A stretch of 32,000 nt of DNA from Pyrobaculum calidifontis JCM 11548. GTDB taxonomy: Archaea; Thermoproteota; Thermoprotei; Thermoproteales; Thermoproteaceae. The position numbers and the translations under genes are program-made. Under the pieces are notes generated by a model that was not told where the DNA came from, ran no database searches, and was given only the letters and a program-made list of their open reading frames with translations. The DNA lies in assembly GCF_000015805.1 (NCBI RefSeq), contig NC_009073.1, forward strand, positions 1,680,001-1,712,000. Reading direction: 5' to 3'. Positions 7,709 through 14,565 of this stretch are shown here, piece after piece (the first letter of the stretch is position 1; the number at the start of each line of letters is the position of its first letter).

Positions 7709-7882
7709 TTACTTTTTCTTGCCTAGTAGGCGGTATACTTTGATGCCGGTGTATGGGGACTTGGCCACTGCAAACATCATTGGCCCACGAGCAGTCTGCT
7801 TCTCCACCACCTCATACTGATCCGTCTCAAACGCCTGCTTCGCTTTTATGTCGTAGAACTTCAACTTCTGCTTCTTCGACAT
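7709..7882 (-). CDS. Small (57 aa) basic protein, probable crenarchaeal chromatin protein CC1-like; absent from the ORF track
   Basis: Hand translation: MSKKQKLKFYDIKAKQAFETDQYEVVEKQTARGPMMFAVAKSPYTGIKVYRLLGKKK. The minus-strand TATA ttttttataaat lies about 25 nt upstream of the ATG. A T6 run follows the stop. Confidence 0.6.
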   Translation of the reverse strand: MSKKQKLKFYDIKAKQAFETDQYEVVEKQTARGPMMFAVAKSPYTGIKVYRLLGKKK

Positions 7883-7942
7883 GGCCCTACGAAACGTGTC
7901 CCCATTTATAAAAAACGGTTAAAATAACGAGTCCCAAGGCCG

Positions 7943-7956
7943 ATAATTTTTTAAAA
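7943..7956 (+). promoter_or_regulatory. TATA-like element (ataattttttaaaa) upstream of tRNA-Gly
   Basis: About 30 nt upstream of tRNA position 1 (7978). Confidence 0.45.
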
Positions 7957-7977
7957 CAGACAAGTGTGAAGCTCCCA

Positions 7978-8071
7978 GCGGCGGTAGTCTAGCCTGGTTT
8001 AGGATGGCGAGGGCGCAGCCCCCACACGCCTGCCAAGCCGTTGATCCCGGGTTCAAATCCCGGCCGCCGCA
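7978..8071 (+). tRNA. tRNA-Gly(GCC) with an 18-nt intron at non-canonical position 29/30 (intron 8010-8027)
   Basis: Hand-folded: acceptor GCGGCGG/CCGCCGC, D stem GTCT/GGAT, T arm CCGGG-TTCAAAT-CCCGG, anticodon loop CTGCCAA. The anticodon stem GCGGC/GCCGT forms only after removing 8010-8027. The flanks fold as bulge-helix-bulge: TAGG-ATGG-[CGA]-GGGC over GCCC-CCAC-[ACG]-CCTG. Confidence 0.85.
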
Positions 8072-8164
8072 TGCCCGGTTTCCTCTACTTCAACATGCTA
8101 CACCCCATTCTCCAAGGCGACGCATTGGGAATAGGCGATGTAGGAAGCGCACTAGCGGGGCGCT

Positions 8165-8176
8165 AAACTTTTAAAC
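8165..8176 (+). promoter_or_regulatory. TATA-like element (aaacttttaaac) upstream of tRNA-Lys
   Basis: About 29 nt upstream of tRNA position 1 (8197). Confidence 0.45.
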
Positions 8177-8196
8177 AACGGGTTTAGAGACGCACA

Positions 8197-8289
8197 GGGC
8201 CCGTAGCTCAGCCTGGTAGAGCGGCGGGCTCTTAACCCGTAGGTCGTGGGTTCAGGCAAAGCCGCCTACGAATCCCACCGGGCCCGCCA
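8197..8289 (+). tRNA. tRNA-Lys(CTT) with a 16-nt intron in the T-loop (8254-8269, position 56/57) and a genomically encoded CCA
   Basis: Acceptor GGGCCCG/CGGGCCC, D arm GCTC-AGCCTGGTA-GAGC, anticodon arm GCGGG-CTCTTAA-CCCGT, T stem GTGGG/CCCAC. Removing AGGCAAAGCCGCCTAC restores the T loop TTCGAAT. The intron has a GGC-AAA-GCC hairpin and the same ACG 3' bulge as the Gly intron. CCA is at 8287-8289. Confidence 0.85.
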
Positions 8290-8514
8290 CTTTGCTTTTC
8301 ATCTACAATGCTTGTTGTGGCTTTTCTAATGGCTAGCAGCTCTACTACGCTGGTTGAGTTCACGTTGGCCTTGATATTTGCACAAGCATTTCAACTATTA
8401 GCTCCTTCTTAAGCGCTATCAGTGTTTGTCATAGAGTCTGTATCATGTACGGCCACGGCATTCATCAGTGGTCAGTTTTGCCGGCTTAAATCACCGTCTC
8501 GCTTTGTGCAAAGG

Positions 8515-8522
8515 TTTATATA
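8515..8522 (+). promoter_or_regulatory. TATA box (tttatata) of the TRAM gene
   Basis: 27 nt upstream of ATG 8542. Supports the short start rather than the ORF-track start at 8422. Confidence 0.5.
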
Positions 8523-8541
8523 CCCATCTTCCTTAGGGCCA

Positions 8542-8784
8542 ATGGAACGAAGAGGTAGAGGTGGCGGCGCGCCGCGTAGGCGGCGCAGCCCGCCGGGTCC
8601 AAAACCGGTTAAGGAAGGCGACGTGTTGGAGGTGGACATCGTGGAGAAGTCGCGTAGGGGAGATGGCGTGGCTAAGGTGGAGGGCTTCATTGTCTTTGTC
8701 CCTGGGGCTGAGCCAGGGCAGCACGTAAGGGTTCAGATAGAGAGAGTGGGCGACACTTACGCGGTTGCAAAAATAGTCAGCTGA
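8542..8784 (+). CDS. TRAM-domain RNA-binding protein with a basic Arg/Gly/Pro N-terminal tail
   Basis: EGDVLEVDIVEKSRRGDGVAKVEGFIVFVPGAEPGQHVRVQIERVGDTYAVAKIV is a typical stand-alone TRAM domain. The upstream part of the track ORF (8422-8541) has no coding look. Confidence 0.8.
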   Translation: MERRGRGGGAPRRRRSPPGPKPVKEGDVLEVDIVEKSRRGDGVAKVEGFIVFVPGAEPGQHVRVQIERVGDTYAVAKIVS

Positions 8785-9901
8785 GCTTTGAGCTGAGGCG
8801 GTAGGCGTCTACTTTGTCTCTTGCCTTTTCTCTCGCCTCTTGGTGCTGTTTTACAAATTTGCGGATTTTCTCGTACAGCATCTGTTTACACTCTCCGCAC
8901 AGGAGGGCTCCCGATTTGCAGGAGTGGTATATCTTCTCCACAGAGGCGTCGTCAGGGTCGAAGAGCATGTGGTAGTGGTATACGGGGCAGACGTCAGGGT
9001 TGCCTCCGAGCCTTCTCTGTTCCTCCGCTGTTGGCCTCCCCCCGGTGTAGGCGTTCGCTATCTTGCGGCGTATGGTCTTCTCGTCGTCTATCGTGTAAAT
9101 GGCCGAGTTGGGGTTTGACGCCGACATCTTGCTCTCGCCTGTGAGCGCCATGATGAACTTGGAGTAGAGGGTGGCGGGCTTGGGATAGCCGAGGCTCTCT
9201 GCGATGTCGCGTGCCAGCCTAAAGTAGGGGTCTTGGTCTATGGCGCATGGGATCAGCACGGGGGTTGGCCTTCCGTGTAGCTCGGTGGGGAGGAAGGCTA
9301 CTGCTATCTGGAGCGAGGGGTAGAAGATTAGGCCTATGTTTGTAGAGTCTGTGAAGCCGAAGGTGGCCTTGACAGTGTTCCACGTGAGCTTTTTCGCCAC
9401 TTTGGCGGCTATGGGGTAGAGCGGCTTTATGTCCTTGGTGTCTATTATGAGGTGTAGCTTGTCTGGGGTAAAGCCGAGGGCAATTACGTCGAGGGCGTTT
9501 TCATAGGCCCACTTGGTGGCCTCCTCCAGCCGCATCTCGGGGTCGTCGTAGAACTTCTCGTCGTCTGTCATTTGGAAGTAGACCTCTACGCCAAATTTGT
9601 CGGAGAGCCACTTTAGGAGTATCCAAGGCACCATGTGGCCTATGTGGACGGGGCCGCTTGGGCCTCGCCCCGTGTAGAGGGCCCACGGCTTGCCCTCGCC
9701 GTGCCACTTGAGGATGGCGTCTAAGTCCCTATGCGCGTAGAAGAAGCCTCTCCTAATGAGCGGGTGCACCTCGCCGGCGTATTTTTCAAGGAGCGACACC
9801 TCGGCCTGGGTGAGCGGCCTTGCGCCAAACTGCTGCATCAGCTTCTGGTAGTCCACCCTCCCCCTGACCTCCCACGGAGTTACTACAAACTCCTCGTCCA
9901 C
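8777..9901 (-). CDS. trpS: Tryptophan--tRNA ligase (archaeal TrpRS)
   Basis: Class I motifs HIGH (GPVHIGHMVP) and KMSKS (KMSAS). N-terminal TPWEVRGRVDYQKLMQQFG and a length of 374 aa are typical of archaeal TrpRS. TATA tttttata lies 25 nt upstream of GTG 9901. Confidence 0.88.
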   Translation of the reverse strand: MDEEFVVTPWEVRGRVDYQKLMQQFGARPLTQAEVSLLEKYAGEVHPLIRRGFFYAHRDLDAILKWHGEGKPWALYTGRGPSGPVHIGHMVPWILLKWLSDKFGVEVYFQMTDDEKFYDDPEMRLEEATKWAYENALDVIALGFTPDKLHLIIDTKDIKPLYPIAAKVAKKLTWNTVKATFGFTDSTNIGLIFYPSLQIAVAFLPTELHGRPTPVLIPCAIDQDPYFRLARDIAESLGYPKPATLYSKFIMALTGESKMSASNPNSAIYTIDDEKTIRRKIANAYTGGRPTAEEQRRLGGNPDVCPVYHYHMLFDPDDASVEKIYHSCKSGALLCGECKQMLYEKIRKFVKQHQEAREKARDKVDAYRLSSKLS

Positions 9902-9937
9902 CCCATTGGAGGCACCTAAGCCAGGGGTATAAAAAGA

Positions 9938-10696
9938 TCAACGCCTCGGGGCGCCGCGTGTCGGGGCGGCCAGCCCCTTGTCGATTAAGTAGCTCATCGT
10001 CTGCACCCACCCCGCCAATCTGCCGAAGGCCGCGTAGGCTCTGTACCGTAGGCATCTGTCCGCCAGGGGGCAGTTGCCGCATTCATAACGCCTGCAATAC
10101 TCGGCGCGCGGCGGCTCCCCCTTGAGGCCAAGCCTCGGCGCTATTCTCGTGAAGTGTTTATCCACTGGGGCGGCTGTTGCGTCCCCCGTGTAGAGGAGGT
10201 AGAGGTCGGCGACTTTGGGGCCTACCCCCTTGATTTTTAGCAGAGTGGGCCTATCCTTGGGCTTTCCCAGGCGTATGTAGTCTGCCACCGCATCTGGGAG
10301 CTTGGCCAACTGGTAGCTTCTCCCCACTTTGGGGGCATTCGCCGCCGCGGCGCGGATGTCCTCGCTCTTTGAAAACAGCGCGTTGGCCCACCTCAGCACG
10401 TTCACGTGGTAGTTAGTGTTCTGGGTTAGGAAGGCCACTACGAAGAGCAGGTCCTCGTCCCCGGGGGATGTGGATATGCCTACGCAGTCTCCGTACTCCT
10501 CCAAGAGGGGCTGTATGTAGTCGGCCGCAGCCCTATCCACCTCGTTTACATAGCGCCAAGGCGAATACCAGCGGCCCGACATGTATATATCGTCGCCCGC
10601 CCAGACGCCCTTTTTCACGCCGAATTTTTTCACATAATTGCCGTCAAGTAGGGCGAGGACTAGGCTGGGGTAGAGGGTGAGGTCTAGGCAGTTCAT
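9938..10696 (-). CDS. HhH-GPD superfamily DNA glycosylase-like protein with a C-terminal 4-Cys (Fe-S loop-like) motif
   Basis: HhH motif LLKIKGVGPKVADLYLL, catalytic-Asp region AAPVDKHFTRI, Cys cluster C-x4-C-x2-C-x5-C (CRRYECGNCPLADRC). Start set at ATG 10696, which overlaps the upstream stop (ATGA). The 72 extra codons of the track ORF are Arg/Gly-rich out-of-frame overlap. Confidence 0.75.
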   Translation of the reverse strand: MNCLDLTLYPSLVLALLDGNYVKKFGVKKGVWAGDDIYMSGRWYSPWRYVNEVDRAAADYIQPLLEEYGDCVGISTSPGDEDLLFVVAFLTQNTNYHVNVLRWANALFSKSEDIRAAAANAPKVGRSYQLAKLPDAVADYIRLGKPKDRPTLLKIKGVGPKVADLYLLYTGDATAAPVDKHFTRIAPRLGLKGEPPRAEYCRRYECGNCPLADRCLRYRAYAAFGRLAGWVQTMSYLIDKGLAAPTRGAPRR

Positions 10697-11478
10697 ATCA
10701 TGAAAGCCGGCACGCCGTCCGGCGTCACGGCGCGGGTCGGCTTGAGGCCCCTGGCCTTCATAAGCTTCACCACGTGTGGGTAAAGTATTACGTACTCCAC
10801 GTCGATGCAGTTGGGCAGGCGCGGGTCTATCTCGGCGAGGGCCTCCTCCAGCCTCTTCACAGCGGCGTCTGTGGAGAACCCCAGCATGGCCGCCGGGTAG
10901 ACGTCGCGGCACGGCTCCATCCCGCTTTCCACCAACACGCGTATGGCCTCCAGCTGTTTGTAGAAGTAGGAGGGCGGCGCCAGCGTTATCTCCTCAAACT
11001 CCTCAAGCGTCGCGCCCTTTATAGAGACGCGCACAGCCAAGTGCGGCCTCGCGGCGAGCTCCCTAGCCAGCTCCCTGTCCACGAGTATGCCGTTGGTCTC
11101 CACTATGAAGATGTACTTGGACAGTAAGTCCGCCACCTCTAGGAGGTGCCTAGGCGCTATCAGGGGCTCCCCTCCCGAGATCCTCACCTGCCTAAACCCG
11201 CGGGCTTTTGCAATTTCGTCAAGCCGCGCCGCCACCTCCTCCGGCGCCATCCACACGCCGCCGCTGAGCACAAAAGAGGTGTTGCGCCACGCCCAGCACA
11301 TGCCGCAGCGCAGATTGCACCCGACGACATCGGCGGTGGCTATGCCGCCGTACCACCTGTCAGCCCTGAACCTCTTGTACAACCTATACACCTTGCCCCC
11401 CACACTCTTTACTGCGTATGTGAGCACAAGCTGTAGCAACCTCTCGGGATCAATATGCGGTCTGCCGCTCCCGCCCAC
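10693..11478 (-). CDS. Small radical SAM enzyme (QueE/activase-like size class), function unknown
   Basis: CxxxCxxC VVGCNLRCGMCWAW, SAM-binding RISGGEPLI, 261 aa. TATA taaataatttaagg lies about 18-25 nt upstream of GTG 11478. Confidence 0.8.
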   Translation of the reverse strand: MGGSGRPHIDPERLLQLVLTYAVKSVGGKVYRLYKRFRADRWYGGIATADVVGCNLRCGMCWAWRNTSFVLSGGVWMAPEEVAARLDEIAKARGFRQVRISGGEPLIAPRHLLEVADLLSKYIFIVETNGILVDRELARELAARPHLAVRVSIKGATLEEFEEITLAPPSYFYKQLEAIRVLVESGMEPCRDVYPAAMLGFSTDAAVKRLEEALAEIDPRLPNCIDVEYVILYPHVVKLMKARGLKPTRAVTPDGVPAFMI

Positions 11479-11570
11479 GTTAGATACTGCCGTAGGCCTT
11501 AAATTATTTACTTTGCTTGAAAAATATACAAGGAAAAGCTAAAATATAGGTTAATGATATATACGTGTTT

Positions 11571-11618
11571 AAGGTAAGAAAAGAGGGAGGAGTAAAGGAG
11601 GTGGAGGGAAAGAAAAAG
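11571..11618 (+). repeat. 48-nt polypurine tract (45/48 A/G) with repeated GGAGG cores
   Basis: aaggtaagaaaagagggaggagtaaaggaggtggagggaaagaaaaag, counted by hand. Located in the divergent spacer upstream of the rpl31e TATA. Confidence 0.8.
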
Positions 11619-11667
11619 CCGGAGTTGCTGTGGGGCTAAATTTATAATCAGCCACTTTTTCCAGCCC

Positions 11668-11943
11668 GTGTCTGAGGAAAAGAAGGTAGTCTTGACGAGG
11701 GAGTATGTAATAAACCTGAGGAGGACTCGCGAGGTGTCGAGAACCAAGAGGGCTAAGTACGCCGTGGGCCTCATAAGGCGGTTTGTTGCACGCCACCTAA
11801 AAGTGGAGCCCAAGGCCGTCAAGCTAGGCCAGGCGCTCAACGAGGCTCTCTGGGCCCGTAGCATTGAGAAACCCCCCAGGAGAGTACATGTTGTGGTAGA
11901 AAAGCTAGACGACGGAACTGTCCGCGTGGAGTTGAAACAGTGA
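11668..11943 (+). CDS. rpl31e: 50S ribosomal protein eL31 (L31e)
   Basis: [35 protein letters not shown]...[28 protein letters not shown] aaatttataat lies about 25 nt upstream. Confidence 0.92.
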   Translation: MSEEKKVVLTREYVINLRRTREVSRTKRAKYAVGLIRRFVARHLKVEPKAVKLGQALNEALWARSIEKPPRRVHVVVEKLDDGTVRVELKQ

Positions 11944-12605
11944 AGTTCGACATCTCCCCCGCCAGGCTGTTCGGCTCGTCGTCCGTCGGAGTATTCCTAG
12001 CCACTAACAATACCGTCACCTTTGTGCCGCCTGACACCCCCGAGAAAATAGACGATTTGGTGCGCAACACCCTCCGCACAACGGTGGCCAAGTTCACCAT
12101 AGCCAAGTCGCCCCTCCTTGGCATATTCACCGTAGTAAACGACAACGGAGTCCTCCTCTCCCCGCTGGCCCTCGAGGAAGAGGTCAAGCTCTTTAAGTCC
12201 CTTGGGCTAAACGTGGGCATCGTGGCCACGAAGTACACAGCGGTGTCCAACCTCGTGCTTGCAAACAACAGGGCGGCTCTGGTGTCCCCCCTCCTGGAGC
12301 CTCAGGCGCGTAAGACCGTGTCCGACGTGCTCGGAGTCGAGGTGGTGGTAGACACAATAGCAGGAAATCCGCTGGTGGGGTCACTCGCAGTCGTCAACTC
12401 CCGTGGCTTGTTAGTGGCCCCCGAGGCCACAGACGACGACCTGAAGAAGCTGGCCGACTACTTCAAGGTCAAGGTAGACGTAGGCACAGTGAACAAGGGC
12501 AAGAGCTTCCTGAGAGGGGGGCTTGTGGTCAACGACTACGGGGCCCTTGTGGGCGACGAGACGGCTGGCCCTGAACTGATGAGGATTACTCAAGTACTTG
12601 GCTAG
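11940..12605 (+). CDS. eif6: Translation initiation factor 6 (aIF6/eIF6)
   Basis: Five-fold pseudo-repeat with the [15 protein letters not shown] start. 221 aa. GTGA overlap with rpl31e. Confidence 0.9.
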   Translation: MKFDISPARLFGSSSVGVFLATNNTVTFVPPDTPEKIDDLVRNTLRTTVAKFTIAKSPLLGIFTVVNDNGVLLSPLALEEEVKLFKSLGLNVGIVATKYTAVSNLVLANNRAALVSPLLEPQARKTVSDVLGVEVVVDTIAGNPLVGSLAVVNSRGLLVAPEATDDDLKKLADYFKVKVDVGTVNKGKSFLRGGLVVNDYGALVGDETAGPELMRITQVLG

Positions 12606-12740
12606 GCCACGGTTGTCTCCTTTATCTAGTCCGTATATCTGGCCGCCGTAGTTTGCCTTCCACCTTCTGAACCCTTGCTAACATTATGCGGCAATACACC
12701 ACTCTCATCACGCTGTGTGTAGCTATGACTATCTAGAGAA

Positions 12741-12790
12741 GAAGGTTGACATCTCTCTTCCGCCGGGCTGTTTGGCTCTTCATCCGTCGA
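12741..12790 (+). pseudogene. Relic copy of the aIF6 5' coding end (about 16 codons)
   Basis: About 40 of 50 positions match 11942-11991, with a 2-nt indel. In the block ctg ttY ggc tcN tcN tcc gtc all three differences are synonymous third positions (LFGSSSV retained). Confidence 0.6.
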
Positions 12791-12793
12791 CGA

Positions 12794-12804
12794 AAATTTA
12801 TTAA
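12794..12804 (+). promoter_or_regulatory. TATA box (aaaatttatta) of rplX
   Basis: About 28 nt upstream of ATG 12825. Supports 12825 rather than TTG 12816. Confidence 0.5.
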
Positions 12805-12824
12805 GGTTCGGCATATTGGGCCAC

Positions 12825-13061
12825 ATGCCTAAGATTTATAGAGTAGTTGGGGACACTTCCACTGGGATGAAGTTTGTCGTAGAGGTCGTGGGTGAGAGGC
12901 CTTACGACGCGTTGGAGAAGGTCTACTCTGTTCTCGGCAGTAGGCATAAGCTTAAGAGGACGCAGATTAGGATTAGGGAGGTGTCTGTGGTGGAGCCGTC
13001 GTCTGCTAAGTCTAATGAGGCCAAGATGTTGATGGTGTTGGAGAAGGTGGTGAGGTACTAG
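12825..13061 (+). CDS. rplX: 50S ribosomal protein LX (eL20/L18Ae)
   Basis: MPKIYRVVGDT...KFVVEVVGERPYDALEKVYSVLGSRHKLKRTQIRIREV. Canonical position between aIF6 and prefoldin alpha. Confidence 0.85.
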   Translation: MPKIYRVVGDTSTGMKFVVEVVGERPYDALEKVYSVLGSRHKLKRTQIRIREVSVVEPSSAKSNEAKMLMVLEKVVRY

Positions 13062-13062
13062 C

Positions 13063-13467
13063 ATGTCTCTCTCTAGGCAGGATATTCAGCGGCTCTTGGA
13101 GGAGTACCAGTTGTTGAATGATCTGTTGGCGAGTCTGCAGGCTCAGCACGCCACTGTGTCTGAGCTGGTTGAGGAGCTGAGCACCGCGCTTGACGGTGTG
13201 AGGCTTTTGAAGAGCGAGGGCGGCGAGCGGCTCGTGCATATAGGGGCCGGAATCTTCGTGGGGGGCGTTTTCGAGGGGCGGGAGGTGCTTACGCCGCTGG
13301 GCGCCGGGTACTACGCCTTCCTCGACTTGGAGAACGCTGAGAGAATTGTCAAAGAGAGGCTTGAGGAGTACTCCAAGGTGAAGACCTCTCTTGAGGAAAA
13401 CATTGAGAAGCTCACTGAGAGGGCGCTTCAGATACGCCAGGTGCTGGAGAGGCTGGGGCTTAGGTAA
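13063..13467 (+). CDS. pfdA: Prefoldin alpha subunit
   Basis: Coiled coil - beta hairpins (LVHIGAGIFVGG...LTPLGAGYYAFLD) - coiled coil. Conserved synteny with ftsY. Confidence 0.88.
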   Translation: MSLSRQDIQRLLEEYQLLNDLLASLQAQHATVSELVEELSTALDGVRLLKSEGGERLVHIGAGIFVGGVFEGREVLTPLGAGYYAFLDLENAERIVKERLEEYSKVKTSLEENIEKLTERALQIRQVLERLGLR

Positions 13468-14384
13468 TGTTTGATAGGCTTAAGAGGACGTTTTCTAAAT
13501 TTGTAAACGCGGTTGTATCTGCGGTTACGGAGGACACGTTGGGGGAGAAGGAGGTTGAGGAGTTTGTGACAGATCTCTACCTTGAGCTTGTGGAGAGCGA
13601 CGTGGCGGTGGAGGTGGCCGACGCCCTTGTGGAGGAGCTCAAGAGGAGGCTAGTCGGCCTGAAGGTGCCTCGGTTTGGGGATAAAGAGGGCGCAGTGAAG
13701 CGGGCGGTGGTGGATTCTGTTCTACAGATCCTCTCCGACGTCCCCGACGTCGACTTCTACGAGGAGGGGGGCAAGCTTCTGGATAGGGCCAGGCCGGTGG
13801 TGGTAATGTTCCTAGGGCCGAATGGGTACGGCAAGACGACCACTCTCGCCAAGCTTGCATACCACCTAATGGAGAGGGGGTACACCGTCGTGGGGGCCGC
13901 GGCCGACACTTTCAGGGCGGGCGCTAGGGAGCAGTTAGAGGAGCATGGGAGGCGGGTTGGGTTCAAGGTCATCGGGGGGCCATATGGGGCTGATCCAGCC
14001 TCGGTGGCCTTCGACGCCGTGCAACACGCCAGGTCTAGGGGCCACCACTTCGTCCTCATCGACACGGCGGGGAGAATGCATACCGATGCCAACTTGATGG
14101 AGGAGCTTCGGAAGATTCAACGGGTGGCGGAGCCGCACTTCTCCATCTTTGTCTTTGACGCGCAGCTGGGGAACGAGGCGCTAGAGATTGCGCGCTACTA
14201 CTCGAAATACGTCAGAATAGACGGGATGATTGCGACGAAGGTCGACGCATACCCCAAGGGCGGCTCTATTCTCACCTTTATGTATACTCTGAAGCGGCCA
14301 GTGTATTTCCTCGGTGTTGGACAAAGCTACAAAGACCTTGTAAAATTCGTCAAGCTGGACTACGTGAAGCAGTTGGTGGAGTAG
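13467..14384 (+). CDS. ftsY: Signal recognition particle receptor FtsY
   Basis: SRP GTPase motifs GPNGYGKTTTLAKLA, DTAGR, TKVD. 305 aa. Confidence 0.92.
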   Translation: MFDRLKRTFSKFVNAVVSAVTEDTLGEKEVEEFVTDLYLELVESDVAVEVADALVEELKRRLVGLKVPRFGDKEGAVKRAVVDSVLQILSDVPDVDFYEEGGKLLDRARPVVVMFLGPNGYGKTTTLAKLAYHLMERGYTVVGAAADTFRAGAREQLEEHGRRVGFKVIGGPYGADPASVAFDAVQHARSRGHHFVLIDTAGRMHTDANLMEELRKIQRVAEPHFSIFVFDAQLGNEALEIARYYSKYVRIDGMIATKVDAYPKGGSILTFMYTLKRPVYFLGVGQSYKDLVKFVKLDYVKQLVE

Positions 14385-14538
14385 GCCCTCTTTGTCGCCT
14401 TAGTCCTCTGGAGAAGATCCCTACATCGGTCTTATGAAAGCTGTGGCACCATATATAACTAGGTTGAGTGAGAGTGGAATTTATCGAGATAATGGGGAGT
14501 GGACAGGTGGACCTCTGTGAGGGGAAGCTGGGTCTAAG

Positions 14539-14546
14539 TTTAAATA
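14539..14546 (+). promoter_or_regulatory. TATA box (tttaaata) of the secE-spt5 unit
   Basis: 27 nt upstream of GTG 14566. Confidence 0.5.
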
Positions 14547-14565
14547 GTGGTGGCATTGCTCATGT

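Noticed and set aside
8422-8541. N-terminal 40 codons of the track ORF preceding the TRAM domain.
   Set aside because: The TATA box at 8515-8522 lies inside it, 27 nt before ATG 8542, and the upstream residues have no TRAM-family counterpart.
9938-10912. 324-aa version of the glycosylase-like ORF with a 72-aa N-terminal extension.
   Set aside because: The extension is Arg/Gly/Pro-rich and lies entirely within the 3' end of the radical SAM gene in another frame. ATG 10696 gives an ATGA stop/start overlap.
12566-12600. CTGA-a-CTGATGA arrangement at the aIF6 3' end, looking like the D'/C' centre of a C/D sRNA.
   Set aside because: The expected upstream C box is GCGACGA, and the position 12 nt downstream of the C' reads TACT instead of CTGA, so the architecture is incomplete.
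12626-12826. 66-aa minus-strand ORF in the aIF6-rplX spacer.
   Set aside because: It has no promoter or family signal, and it covers the aIF6 relic in antisense.
14385-14565. Possible small RNA or 35-aa ORF (ATG about 14491) in the ftsY-secE spacer, with a catatataac element at about 14450.
   Set aside because: I could define no box motifs, stable hairpin or recognisable peptide. It is left as unexplained spacer.
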